From NCBI GenBank assembly GCA_019352195.1, contig JACAFG010000002.1, forward strand, positions 103,820-167,819: DNA of 64,000 bases, written 5' to 3'. The notes beneath the pieces were generated by a model. That model was not told the DNA's origin, ran no database searches, and saw nothing but the letters and a program-made list of their open reading frames with translations. The stretch comes from Candidatus Saccharimonadota bacterium. Its GTDB lineage: Bacteria > Patescibacteriota > Saccharimonadia > UBA4664. Position 1 is the first letter of the stretch. Each line of letters begins with the position of its first letter. Shown here piece after piece: positions 19,018-28,547 of the stretch. The position numbers and the translations under genes are program-made.

Positions 19018-19697
19018 GCAATTATTCAGAGGCCTTTGGGGCCTCTTTTTGCATAAATTTAACGACCTGCCCAACAAGTACTTCTACCGGTAGTAGACCA
19101 TCTAGAATTAGGTCTGCGAGGCGCTTCTGCGGATCAACATACATATGATGGTTTGGAAGAATCTTGGAATTGATATATTCGTGACTATCCCAGTGCCTCG
19201 TGCCACTCGTACGGGCGTGCCTACGCTTGATGATTTCCTGGTCAGGGACCTCGATGAAGATCTTCTTATCGAACAAAGCGCTAATTTCTGGGTCGTAGAA
19301 TACCAACCAACCCTCAACGATAATCTTGGCTCGGGCTTCTACTGCTTTCTCTTTGACTCCCTGCTCGGCACTTTCTCTGGAATTGGCTCTGATTGTAATC
19401 GAGCGACCTTCACTTAGTTGTGTCAGATCTTCGAGCAACTTTGGCCAGTTATACAGCTTAGGATCTTCAAAGTTGGTAATGTCGTTTAGATTGTATAAAT
19501 CTGAGCCAATAAAATATTCGTCGAAACTTAGCGTAGATACGTTATCTCCGAGTTGTTCCTTAAGCTTCTTCAATAGGGTCGTTTTACCACTACTGGTTCC
19601 GCCTGCAATGCCGATCAATTTCGTAATCATGCCTTCATGGTAACACCGGCCATAAAGAAAGTTGTAACACCGTCCGCTACGGGCCGCCAGCAATTAT
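19012..19697. repeat. 14-bp direct repeat CCGCCAGCAATTAT (19012-19025 and 19684-19697) flanking the uridine kinase gene
   Basis: Exact duplicate of the tRNA-Asp 3' end plus 8 downstream bases. Confidence 0.75.
19022..19630 (-). CDS. udk: Uridine kinase family P-loop kinase
   Basis: LIGIAGGTSSGKTT, IIVEG, FDKKIFIE, YVDPQKRLADLIL; start at ATG 19630. Confidence 0.82.
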   Translation of the reverse strand: MITKLIGIAGGTSSGKTTLLKKLKEQLGDNVSTLSFDEYFIGSDLYNLNDITNFEDPKLYNWPKLLEDLTQLSEGRSITIRANSRESAEQGVKEKAVEARAKIIVEGWLVFYDPEISALFDKKIFIEVPDQEIIKRRHARTSGTRHWDSHEYINSKILPNHHMYVDPQKRLADLILDGLLPVEVLVGQVVKFMQKEAPKASE

Positions 19698-19713
19698 CAA
19701 TCATAAAGTGGCT

Positions 19714-20172
19714 TTAATCAGCCTCTTTTCGGTGTCTATCGAGATTAGCAATGAGTTCTTCAACTGTCGACGCGATCAGGTCGAGCGGGACTCTAAGCAT
19801 GGGATTGAGCCGTGAGTTCATGAAAGCGGCCCGGACGTCCGTTTGAAGTCCCACCAGATACTTATTTGGGTGGGTCAGCCGCTTGTCCATGTAGGCTATT
19901 CCGAGCTCAACCGCCGCGCCTTCGTCTGGCACCCGGCCGTCTAAAATGATCATGAAGATATCGGCTGTTATTATCTGGTCACGGTCGAGTTCGAACGTGG
20001 CCCGGCGGCGCTCCTCACGTGTCATGTCAGTGTACGGAGGTTTACTCGACTCCACGCCATCGCGTTGCGGTAAGAATACGTCATAGCCGAGCGCTTCCAG
20101 CTTGTCGGTTAGGCCAGCATTGAACTCCAGTTCGGCTTGGTTAAAAAGGGGGCCGGCAAAATAAATCAACAT
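19714..20172 (-). CDS. Nucleoside 2-deoxyribosyltransferase family protein
   Basis: IYFAGPLF, VFLPQ, DEGAAVELGIA, NPML. Confidence 0.88.
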   Translation of the reverse strand: MLIYFAGPLFNQAELEFNAGLTDKLEALGYDVFLPQRDGVESSKPPYTDMTREERRRATFELDRDQIITADIFMIILDGRVPDEGAAVELGIAYMDKRLTHPNKYLVGLQTDVRAAFMNSRLNPMLRVPLDLIASTVEELIANLDRHRKEAD

Positions 20173-20233
20173 GCCGTAATCTTACCACCCGGGATGAAAT
20201 GCTCCCTTCGATCTATAAACGCCGGGCAGCTTG

Positions 20234-20638
20234 TTAAGTGGTCAATCTCGTGCGCGCTTCGGCCACAGCGCTCAAAATGTGATCGTGGTTCGGCCCCTCG
20301 GGGACGTCGGTTTCGGTTACCCAGCGCGTAAGCTCAATTTCGGCTGATGGTTTGATGTCAGCTTCTGCTGCTTGGCAGGCAAAAATATAGCGCGCAGAGA
20401 CTCCGTCCCGATTGGTCAGGCGGTTGGCGGCCATTAGCGTGATTTGCTCCTGAAACAGACCAAGTTCTTCGTTTAGTTCTCGATAGGCGGCGGCTTCGGG
20501 CAGCTCATCTTCGCTGTCGAATTTGCCTCCGGGAAGCTTAAAGTTAGCGGGGTCGTCGGCTTCAGCCAAAATGAGAAATAGGGTTGGAGCTGACTGTTTG
20601 AAGATGGCGATGCGTACGCTATCGGTGGCGGTATTCAT
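20234..20638 (-). CDS. NUDIX hydrolase
   Basis: Nudix box LPGGKFDSEDELPEAAAYRELNEELGL. Confidence 0.88.
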   Translation of the reverse strand: MNTATDSVRIAIFKQSAPTLFLILAEADDPANFKLPGGKFDSEDELPEAAAYRELNEELGLFQEQITLMAANRLTNRDGVSARYIFACQAAEADIKPSAEIELTRWVTETDVPEGPNHDHILSAVAEARTRLTT

Positions 20639-20716
20639 GAGAATAAGTATAGCGGATCAAGCAATGGAGCGTGCAGATGATTGCTTGTTTTGTAGCCATC
20701 GACTGAAAGGACATTC

Positions 20717-21376
20717 ATGAAGCCGTTGTCGCTTCAAAAACGAGTGTGGCTGGTTACTCGACTCATGCGGATGGTGTTATCGACGCTGAATGCGCTCATG
20801 ATTTTTGTTCATGTGAGCGTGCGCAACCGAGAAATGGTGCCCAAAAAAGGCGCGGTCCTGGTCGTTTTTAACCACGAGTCGACGTTTGATCCCATTGCGC
20901 TGTTTGGTGCGCTACCGAGAAATGTGGCCTTTTTGGCCGCTGGCGGCTTGTTCAGGTCCAAGTTATCGGGGTTCTTTATGCGTTGGATGGGGCAAATCCC
21001 CGTACCGCGTGGGACCGATGCCGCGGCGCAAGCCTTATTGGCGGCCGAAGTTGTCATCAGCTTTGACGGCGTTGTGGCCTTGGCGCCCGAGGGCGCCACG
21101 TTTGACAGACTGCATGCGGCCAAAACTGGCGCTGCCAGGCTGGCGTTCAAAACCGGCGTATTGGTGGTTCCGGCGGGACTCATTGGCATGAAGAAAATCA
21201 AGCCGCGCGGCAAATTCCCGCGGTTGCTGTTTCGCCGCGCCAAGATTGTTTTCGGCGAAGGTTTTTACGCTCCCAGAATCACTGATTCACCAACCCCGGC
21301 CGAGCTCGACGCCTTCAACGTCCTCATGATGAACTGCCTCGCCGACCTCAGCGAACAGCCTCGTTTGGCTGCTTAG
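20717..21376 (+). CDS. Lysophospholipid acyltransferase (PlsC family)
   Basis: NHESTFD (HX4D), IPVPRG, APEG, KTGAARLA. Confidence 0.88.
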   Translation: MKPLSLQKRVWLVTRLMRMVLSTLNALMIFVHVSVRNREMVPKKGAVLVVFNHESTFDPIALFGALPRNVAFLAAGGLFRSKLSGFFMRWMGQIPVPRGTDAAAQALLAAEVVISFDGVVALAPEGATFDRLHAAKTGAARLAFKTGVLVVPAGLIGMKKIKPRGKFPRLLFRRAKIVFGEGFYAPRITDSPTPAELDAFNVLMMNCLADLSEQPRLAA

Positions 21377-21460
21377 TTCGACTCCATTCAACCTTCGCCC
21401 CCCCCGGGGCATCTACTCGTTTTTATTGACGAAGATGCCCAGGAGGGGGCATTTTCGTGT

Positions 21461-22087
21461 TTAGTTGGCTTGTTGGCTGCGCGTGTACGCATCGAGAACT
21501 TTGGTGCGGTCGGTAAAATAAGTGTTGTAGTACTGCTCGAGCGCGGCTGGCAAGTTTTTATACTCGGTACCTAGCAAAGAGTGCGCTTCATCACGGCGGT
21601 CGGCGGCGGTTTTTTCACCACTAAGCTCGTCGCCAAGGCCGTTGTTGGTATTTTCAGCAATGGCTTGGTCGAGTAGGGGAGCCAGGTCGGATTTTTGACT
21701 ATTACTTAGCCGTTGATAGGCCAGGTGTAGCATTTCGTGCGCGGTGGTAACCACCGTTTGGTCGTGCTGAGCTGGGTCGTCGAGGATGTAGGCCTGATCG
21801 TGTGAGTTGAGACAGCCGAGCCGCTCGACATCGCAGTTCGCATTGACGACAGCAATAGTAGCAAATTGGGGGTTAGTACGCTCAAGCAAATGCAAGCCTT
21901 TGGCATTTAACCCCGCTGCTGACGCAACTGCCACGGTTTCGACGCTGGCAGAGTGGGTCTGAAAAAATACCCAGTCGCCAATTTGAGTTCGATAGAACAC
22001 GGCGCCAAGCAAGAACAGTCCTAGGCTAATGAGGAAGGCGATGTCGAAACGGCGGGATGTGCGGAATTGCGCCATGTTACTGCTCAA
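21461..22087 (-). CDS. Membrane-anchored putative zinc metallopeptidase
   Basis: N-terminal TM; HEMLH plus downstream EAHS. Confidence 0.6.
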   Translation of the reverse strand: MSSNMAQFRTSRRFDIAFLISLGLFLLGAVFYRTQIGDWVFFQTHSASVETVAVASAAGLNAKGLHLLERTNPQFATIAVVNANCDVERLGCLNSHDQAYILDDPAQHDQTVVTTAHEMLHLAYQRLSNSQKSDLAPLLDQAIAENTNNGLGDELSGEKTAADRRDEAHSLLGTEYKNLPAALEQYYNTYFTDRTKVLDAYTRSQQAN

Positions 22088-22219
22088 TATAGCACGAGCA
22101 TGATGAAGATTCGCTGAGGGCTAATCATCTGGTAATTTCACTCCTATCAGCTATAGTTTGCAGCAACACAGTTGGGCCGTCCTGGTTCAGCCTGTGCAGT
22201 ACCTACACTTGGAGGAGCA

Positions 22220-22699
22220 ATGATTGATGTCGATGAGATAACCTACGGCGAGCTCATCGCGTCGGGGGTCAATCTTACCGTAGTGGCTGATCTCAACCGG
22301 TTGCTGCCGCAACTGTCGTTATCGGCTATCGGGCCACTGACGCGGTACCGGATCATACACGAAATTTTGGGCTCGAGTACGCGCGTGTTTGCAGCGCGTC
22401 ATCGAGGACATATCGTGGGTATCGTGCTCCTGGTATCAGCCCAACTTTTGGTCGGTCAGCGGGACCGCATCGAAGACGTCGTGGTGGACGCTGAATATCG
22501 CAGGCTGGGAATATCGAGTTGCCTCATGGCTCTGGCCGAGGATGCCAGCGCGATGGGACCTTCACCGTACGTTGATCTCACTTCCAAGCCCGAACGCAGC
22601 GGCGCTCGCGCTATGTATGTCGGGCGGGGCTACGTGGTGCGTAATACCGCTGTGTTTCGCTTCGTTCATAAGCGTCCTCCTGCGTCCGAAGCTCGCTAA
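22220..22699 (+). CDS. GNAT acetyltransferase
   Basis: IEDVVVDAEYRRLGI, DLTSKPER, AMY; GGAGG SD before ATG 22220. Confidence 0.85.
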   Translation: MIDVDEITYGELIASGVNLTVVADLNRLLPQLSLSAIGPLTRYRIIHEILGSSTRVFAARHRGHIVGIVLLVSAQLLVGQRDRIEDVVVDAEYRRLGISSCLMALAEDASAMGPSPYVDLTSKPERSGARAMYVGRGYVVRNTAVFRFVHKRPPASEAR

Positions 22700-22797
22700 T
22701 CTGGCCCTATGGCAGCGAAACGCTTCACCGTCTGGTGATTTGCTCGCGGCTGGCGGGGCGTTTTCGTCCGCTATGATGGCTGGTATACTAGAATTCT

Positions 22798-23511
22798 ATG
22801 CAAAATAAACCCAAGTACCCCGGTCCTCACGATAGTAGTCAGGGTGTCCAGTCTAACGCCCTGAGAGCGGCAGTACTGGGTGCTAATGACGGTATTGTAT
22901 CGGTTGCGAGCATTGTTGTGGGTGTCGCGGGCGCCTCGAGCTCCAAAAGCTTTATCTTAACGGCTGGCGTGGCTGGACTGCTGGCGGGTGCGTTGTCGAT
23001 GGCGGTAGGGGAATATGTGTCGGTAAGTACCCAGCGCGATACCGAGAAGTCCATGCTGGCCCGTGAACTCTATTTGCTCGAAAATTACCCCGATGAAGAA
23101 CGAGAAGAGTTGGCATTGCTCTACGAGGCCAAGGGTTTAAGCAAAAAAACCGCTCGAGTGGTTGCCGATGAGTTGTCAGCCAAAGATGCTGCCGCAGCCC
23201 ACTTTGATGCCGAGCTCGGCATCGATCCTAACGACCTCACCAATCCATGGCAAGCCGCCATTGCGTCGGCCGTGGCATTTTCATTAGGCGCGGTCGTACC
23301 TCTCGCGGCGGTGCTTATCGCAAGCTCAACCCCACGTATCCCGGTAATCTTTGGAGCGGTATTGGTGGCGCTGCTGATTACGGGAGTTCTGAGCGCTCGT
23401 GCTAGCCGCGCTGATGCCGTGCGGGCAACGGTGCGCGTGGTAGTCGGTGGCATACTGGCAATGGCGATTACTTACTCGGTCGGTAGACTAATGGGCCGTA
23501 ACATCGGTTAA
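22798..23511 (+). CDS. VIT1/CCC1 family Fe/Mn transporter
   Basis: LRAAVLGANDGIVS, AGALSMAVGEYVSV, NPWQAA. Confidence 0.92.
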   Translation: MQNKPKYPGPHDSSQGVQSNALRAAVLGANDGIVSVASIVVGVAGASSSKSFILTAGVAGLLAGALSMAVGEYVSVSTQRDTEKSMLARELYLLENYPDEEREELALLYEAKGLSKKTARVVADELSAKDAAAAHFDAELGIDPNDLTNPWQAAIASAVAFSLGAVVPLAAVLIASSTPRIPVIFGAVLVALLITGVLSARASRADAVRATVRVVVGGILAMAITYSVGRLMGRNIG

Positions 23512-23663
23512 TTACCGCGACGTTCCAATGGCAGAATGGACGAGTTCGATATTGTTGTAAAATGGCGCAAATATGATATGGTATCGTTATCACTCGCCGA
23601 GTGACTTTGCGCGTGTTTGGCGTAGTACCTCACATCCGCTTCTTCCCATGTTGGAGGCAAATT

Positions 23664-24047
23664 ATGAGTCAATCATTGCCGGCGGTAACCTGCAGTGAGA
23701 TCCATCGCGTTGATATCACTGGTGAACTGGCCCTGGAGCTCGAAGATTTGTTTGTCGGTCATGGCGATCGAGTCCCTCAAATCGACTATCGATACCTCAA
23801 TGAGCTGTTGGCCGGGTCTAACCGGCTGTTTGTGGCCCGGTTAGACGGCAAACTGGTGGGCGCTTGCCTGATTCTCAGCGTGAAGTCGCTGGAAAGTTCC
23901 ATGTCGGCGACTGAGCTCGTGGTACATCCTGACTATCGGGGCAGAGCTATCGCCGCTGATCTTCACCGATTTGCTGCGGCTGCTCACGCTGTTACTGCCC
24001 CCACACGTCGGTCGTTCGAACCGTGGGGAAATGTTGTTGGTCCATGA
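23664..24047 (+). CDS. GNAT-like protein, possibly C-terminally truncated
   Basis: LFVARLDGKLVG, VVHPDYRGRAIA; GGAGG SD. Confidence 0.65.
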   Translation: MSQSLPAVTCSEIHRVDITGELALELEDLFVGHGDRVPQIDYRYLNELLAGSNRLFVARLDGKLVGACLILSVKSLESSMSATELVVHPDYRGRAIAADLHRFAAAAHAVTAPTRRSFEPWGNVVGP

Positions 24048-24076
24048 CCGATTCTTCTACCAAAGATTGAGGCAGC

Positions 24077-24466
24077 ATGACCAAACGAATGACCGTAGAA
24101 GCTGATTCGGACCAACGCTGGTCGCTCACCCAAGACTGGAAAGGGATTCTCGACGCGCCTAACGCTGCTTCAGTAGCAGTACGGGCCCAGCGAGCCTTCC
24201 GCGGCCGTTTGCTCACGGTGAGCGTCGACGGGGTAGCTCGATCGGGTCAGCGTTATGGTGGGGTACTGGCCAAGTGCCCTCATCACGGTGGCAGCTTTGA
24301 AATGGCAGCCGGTGATGACGGCGGCCATTGGAGCTGGCCGATTGCCCATGACACCAACGACACTGACCCCACCCAATTTGCTTTTCACGGCGTGCAGCTG
24401 ACAGTGACCGGCTTTAGCGTCTCGGGCCAGATGACTACCATCACGTTCACGCCCGAATCCGACTAG
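24077..24466 (+). CDS. Hypothetical protein
   Basis: GAGG SD; terminator-like hairpin downstream. Confidence 0.55.
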   Translation: MTKRMTVEADSDQRWSLTQDWKGILDAPNAASVAVRAQRAFRGRLLTVSVDGVARSGQRYGGVLAKCPHHGGSFEMAAGDDGGHWSWPIAHDTNDTDPTQFAFHGVQLTVTGFSVSGQMTTITFTPESD

Positions 24467-24660
24467 CTCGTTTTGCCCTTCCCGGCTCTCCCGCACACGG
24501 AACGCCAGGAGGGGCGTTTCCATGTCTCGCGACAATATTTTATCTACTGAACTCATAATGTGTTCAATTACGCTTAAGCTTTTATGGCTTGGTGTTGCCA
24601 TAAATTTACCTGCGTACGATAATGTAGCCGACCGTGCGTACCCCGACATAAGGAGCTCTT

Positions 24661-25314
24661 GTGAGCCGTTTTAATGATCCAGACCTTGAGGAGCTGATGC
24701 GTTTTTGGCGCGGGCTCGACGCTGATAATGCCTTCGTCAGCGTTTCGCTAAAGAACGGCGTGCCTTGGGACAACAAAGTTCACGAATCGCGGTTGCATGC
24801 TTCAATAGGGCTATCATATCGGGCCGAATCTAACGCCGATAATGTTTCGGAGGCCCTGAGGCACATGTGGCCTGCGCTAGATTCGAAACTGACCGGTGCT
24901 CTCGATACGTGCCTACTACAGATTGCCAATCTGGCAGCCGCGATGAGTAGGCACGATGTAGAGCCGGAGCTAAGTTACCGCAAAGGGCCATACTTTGGTC
25001 TGTGGTTTCGGTACGGAATTATCGGCGCTCCGCTCGGTAAAATCCAGTGCTCGCTCTTTGTGGCGGAGATGCGTCCGGTATTTGCTCCCGTAGGCCAGTA
25101 TGTTGACCCTCGCAATGGTGCCATTGATAATTTCTTCGGCCAGGCCGACACCATTACCGACGCTCTCATGGGAGCCATTGAGCAGCTCCAAGTACGTTTT
25201 GCAGAAGGAAAGCTACAGGAGCTTTCAGGGTTCCGTCTCAAGTGGATAGACGGCATCGGTCCCAGACCGATGCGGCCGTTCCAAGCCCGGGCGAGCGTGC
25301 AACACGATCGCTGA
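24661..25314 (+). CDS. Hypothetical protein
   Basis: TAAGGAG SD before GTG; 217-aa ORF. Confidence 0.65.
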   Translation: MSRFNDPDLEELMRFWRGLDADNAFVSVSLKNGVPWDNKVHESRLHASIGLSYRAESNADNVSEALRHMWPALDSKLTGALDTCLLQIANLAAAMSRHDVEPELSYRKGPYFGLWFRYGIIGAPLGKIQCSLFVAEMRPVFAPVGQYVDPRNGAIDNFFGQADTITDALMGAIEQLQVRFAEGKLQELSGFRLKWIDGIGPRPMRPFQARASVQHDR

Positions 25315-25447
25315 CCAAACTTAGCCGTTCAGCTGTAAACACCACAGTTTGCCGTTGGGCGGCTGTTGTGTTTAGCCGGTGTTGAGATCATTAGAGCATT
25401 GTAGTTATGCTTTGTGGTATTATTAGCCTATCTAAGAGGGATCTCGC

Positions 25448-25831
25448 GTGGAGCCAGATAAACAACCGAGCCGTAGGATGATGGATATGGGGCCTCGTCG
25501 CTCAATGGACATGGGTCCTCGTCGGCCGCGCCAGACTGAGCAAGTAGTAGCCCCGCCGCAGCATGCAGCGACGCCGCCACCTCCACGCCCCGTTCGTCCA
25601 CCGGCTCCTCAACCCGTACCGCAGCCTCGTCCCGGCCGTCCAGTAGGGCCTGCCCCGGTTCAGCAGCAGGGCCGGCGCCCGGCGCCCGTTGTTGATGAAC
25701 CGCTGACTGAGCCAGCTCCGGCTCGTCGTAGCGGCGGTTGGATGACGGCGCTGCAGGTATTTTTGGGTGTGGTAATAATTGCGGCCGTAGCCGCTGCTAT
25801 TGTGGTGCTCTATATTCGCTACTATCAGTAG
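25448..25831 (+). CDS. Pro-rich hypothetical protein with C-terminal TM
   Basis: RRxMDMGP tandem motif; C-terminal hydrophobic helix. Confidence 0.65.
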   Translation: MEPDKQPSRRMMDMGPRRSMDMGPRRPRQTEQVVAPPQHAATPPPPRPVRPPAPQPVPQPRPGRPVGPAPVQQQGRRPAPVVDEPLTEPAPARRSGGWMTALQVFLGVVIIAAVAAAIVVLYIRYYQ

Positions 25832-25891
25832 GTCAAAGGCAGGAACAGGTGAGGTTTCCAAACTACATTCCGGCAGCGGTCGCTTAACGCC

Positions 25892-26305
25892 ATGCAGCGC
25901 GTTATCTATATTGCGATTGGTGTCGGCATAATTACTTTGGGTGCTGCTGGACTTACCGAGGCAACGCTGGCGTATAGCGGCCGCGACGTTCTCCTCGACG
26001 GTACTCCTGCGGTTCATGCGTCTCCAAGCCCTGCACCGTCGCGCTCACCCAGTCCAAGTCCAACGGTTGTGCCTAGTGTGGTGCCCAGTCCGACGGTAAC
26101 GCCCGTGCTGCCCTCGGGCGCGCCCACTGCCACCACGAACTCATTTGTTCATATGCGCGCGTCGGCTTCGATAAACTCAGCGATTGTCGCCAATTTAAAT
26201 GGTGGAACCGTTGTTACCTTGGAGAGCTACGTTGATTCGCGGTGGCAGGAGGTGAGTGTGGGTGGCCAAATGGGTTATGTTTACCGGTCCTATCTAACCT
26301 ATTAG
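25892..26305 (+). CDS. SH3b (SH3_3) domain cell-surface protein
   Basis: Signal/TM, SP-rich linker, VHMRASAS...WQEVSVGGQMGYVYRSYL. Confidence 0.8.
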   Translation: MQRVIYIAIGVGIITLGAAGLTEATLAYSGRDVLLDGTPAVHASPSPAPSRSPSPSPTVVPSVVPSPTVTPVLPSGAPTATTNSFVHMRASASINSAIVANLNGGTVVTLESYVDSRWQEVSVGGQMGYVYRSYLTY

Positions 26306-26527
26306 ACATAGCCGTAACTGTCGGCGCACACGGCCTGTGAATAACATTGGCATAAGAATAATGCCTTGCCTAAGGCCGAACATGACACGAACGTAATTTG
26401 CTGAGAAGAACATCGGGTTGAACATACAAAACTAACATAAGTGACATGGCGGAATTTGTGTAAATCGCTGGTGTTACCTTTCTTCAGATGGCAGATACTG
26501 ACCTCAATTAAACGAGGGCATAACTAC

Positions 26528-26701
26528 ATGAGTAAGTCGAAGACCAGAAAGATAAAAACCAGTAATGTTTCAAACGAACCACAAGTAGATGACGTCTTTT
26601 TCATGGATCTGCAGGAGGTTCGGGAGGCTTTGAGTTCAAAATATGAGTACCTTGCCGAGCGGTACGAGTCACAATTTCCAAAGCACAAAGGTATTTCTTA
26701 G
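26528..26701 (+). CDS. Small hypothetical protein (57 aa)
   Basis: GAGGG SD before ATG 26528; terminator downstream. Confidence 0.5.
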   Translation: MSKSKTRKIKTSNVSNEPQVDDVFFMDLQEVREALSSKYEYLAERYESQFPKHKGIS

Positions 26702-26967
26702 CTCAAGATTACGGTCCATCGCCGCAGTAGAGCAGCAACGGTCTTTTGCAACGGCCGTTGTTTTTTGGTATTTTTACTAGGTCCTAGGCGCGCGCGATTG
26801 AGTTTTTATCTTGTCTTGAACCTGAGACTAAGCCCTCCCGAGGGTCTAGCTAAGAGATGAAGAGCAACGAGACAGCGAGTATCAATTCCTGAAAAGCACG
26901 TTGATGTAGTGAGAGGAATGAGCGCAGCTAACGCCGTCGCGATTAATATACACATAGAGCCGAATAC

Positions 26968-27043
26968 GCCGATGTAGCTCAGTTGGTAGAGCAGTGCTTT
27001 CGTAAAGCAAAGGTCGCGGGTTCGAATCCCATCATCGGCTCCA
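26968..27043 (+). tRNA. tRNA-Thr(CGT)
   Basis: Cloverleaf, anticodon loop TTCGTAA, ends T-CCA. Confidence 0.92.
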
Positions 27044-27183
27044 GTAATTATTAGGCCCCCAACGAATCCCAGGCAGGTAAGTCTGGGATTCGTTGTTTGG
27101 GTGCTAGATAGCGGGGTCAGGATAAGCGTGGGGCGCTCGCTGGCACGATAGCGCTCGTTACGCTACTATCGATACGTGCTCGA

Positions 27184-27257
27184 GCGGGTATCGTTTATCG
27201 GTAGGACGCGACCTTCCCAAGGTTGAGAGCAGAGTTCGACTCTCTGTACCCGCACCA
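27184..27257 (+). tRNA. tRNA-Gly(CCC)
   Basis: Cloverleaf, CGACC-TTCCCAA-GGTTG, CCA. Confidence 0.92.
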
Positions 27258-27508
27258 AAGTAAAACCCCCTAGATTTATCCAGGGGGTTTTACTTTGGTG
27301 CAAAGAGGGGCCGAACCCCGCCCGGTTCGGTGCTATAGGAAGGGTTGTTTCTTCATTATCTGTACCGGTGTAAATGTCGGTAGGTCTTAAACTGCAAAGC
27401 GAAATTTCGCTTTTGCACCGCAATATTTTCGACAAATATAGTTTTTATGGTAAATTCTTCCTAATCGTAATTGATAGCTCATTTCTCTCAGGATGGATGT
27501 GATCTTGT

Positions 27509-28063
27509 ATGTCTCAGGCAACTCGTGCAGAGCGCAGAGCCGCGCGAGCGCGACCAGTGCCAACGATTGAAACCATCATCTACTTCGTCCCTACGACAAA
27601 CGTCGAAGACCAACCGTCTGATAAATGGCTCGAGCAGGCTCGAGCAACGGCTGATGTAATTCGGTCCGACAGCAGCGGTCCGTACTGGGTGCTTCGACTC
27701 CTTGCTGACACCACAAAGATGGCTGACGCTAGACCGCCTTGGAACGATGGCAGTGATGCGGCGCAGCTGGCCGGTTGGCTGCGAGCACCAGTAACGGCGT
27801 TGGCGGTTGATAGGTCCCAGCATCAGCATTTGGCCGACGTCATGCATTTTTCGCCGACGTTAGTCTCACTGGTGCGAAGTTTGGTCCTTAGCGAGTCGCC
27901 CCGAACTATTGTGGTGGTCCTCGATTGGGTGTGGTTTCAGCCTTGGCTCGTCAACCAGCCGTTTCGGCCGGGACGAGTTTATCCGGCAACGTTTCGGTCG
28001 TCGAGCGAGGCGTTGCTGACATATCGCCAGCACGCAGCGCTATTGCTCCCGCCCCAAGCATGA
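27509..28063 (+). CDS. Hypothetical protein
   Basis: 184-aa ORF followed by GC hairpin terminator at about 28081-28110. Confidence 0.55.
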   Translation: MSQATRAERRAARARPVPTIETIIYFVPTTNVEDQPSDKWLEQARATADVIRSDSSGPYWVLRLLADTTKMADARPPWNDGSDAAQLAGWLRAPVTALAVDRSQHQHLADVMHFSPTLVSLVRSLVLSESPRTIVVVLDWVWFQPWLVNQPFRPGRVYPATFRSSSEALLTYRQHAALLLPPQA

Positions 28064-28136
28064 CGAATGCACCCGGGCCAAGGCCCCCGAGGCAGAACTC
28101 GGGGGCCTTTGCACGTACTAATGCTATAATTAGCCC

Positions 28137-28547
28137 ATGAACGCCCCCGAACCCTTGCAGTCTGCACGGGCGAAACTGAGTTTGCGGATTGGTAGTATTC
28201 GCCAGTCACGCTTTGTGGCCGATCGGTTATCGCTCGGCCTTATTATTGGTGCTCTGATTCTAAACATTTTGGCGCTGGCAACTTTAGCCACGCATGTTCG
28301 GCCAACTGATGTTATGGTGCCGACGCATTATTCGAGTTTGCGAAATTTTGATGCGCTAGGGCCCTGGTACTTTCCCTTCGAGGTAGCCGCGTTTGGGCTA
28401 GCGGTCACCTTGGCTAATACAGCGTTCGCCTACTCGAGCTATAACCGTAGCCGACTAGCGAGTTTCTTGCTGCTCAGCGGCGCCATTGTGGTCGGCGTGT
28501 TTACCCTGATTGTCGCCAACGCTTTTGGAGCGGTGGCACCTCAGTGA
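28137..28547 (+). CDS. Conserved 3-TM hypothetical protein
   Basis: VPTHYS...GPW motif between TMs; overlaps the GT2 start. Confidence 0.65.
   Translation: MNAPEPLQSARAKLSLRIGSIRQSRFVADRLSLGLIIGALILNILALATLATHVRPTDVMVPTHYSSLRNFDALGPWYFPFEVAAFGLAVTLANTAFAYSSYNRSRLASFLLLSGAIVVGVFTLIVANAFGAVAPQ

Noticed and set aside
26805-26922. SAM-I riboswitch-like words (ttatc, gatgaa, gcaac, caattcc, atgag)
   Set aside because: The P1/P2 kink-turn and pseudoknot do not fit, and the downstream gene is a tRNA. Kept only as an unassigned RNA candidate.
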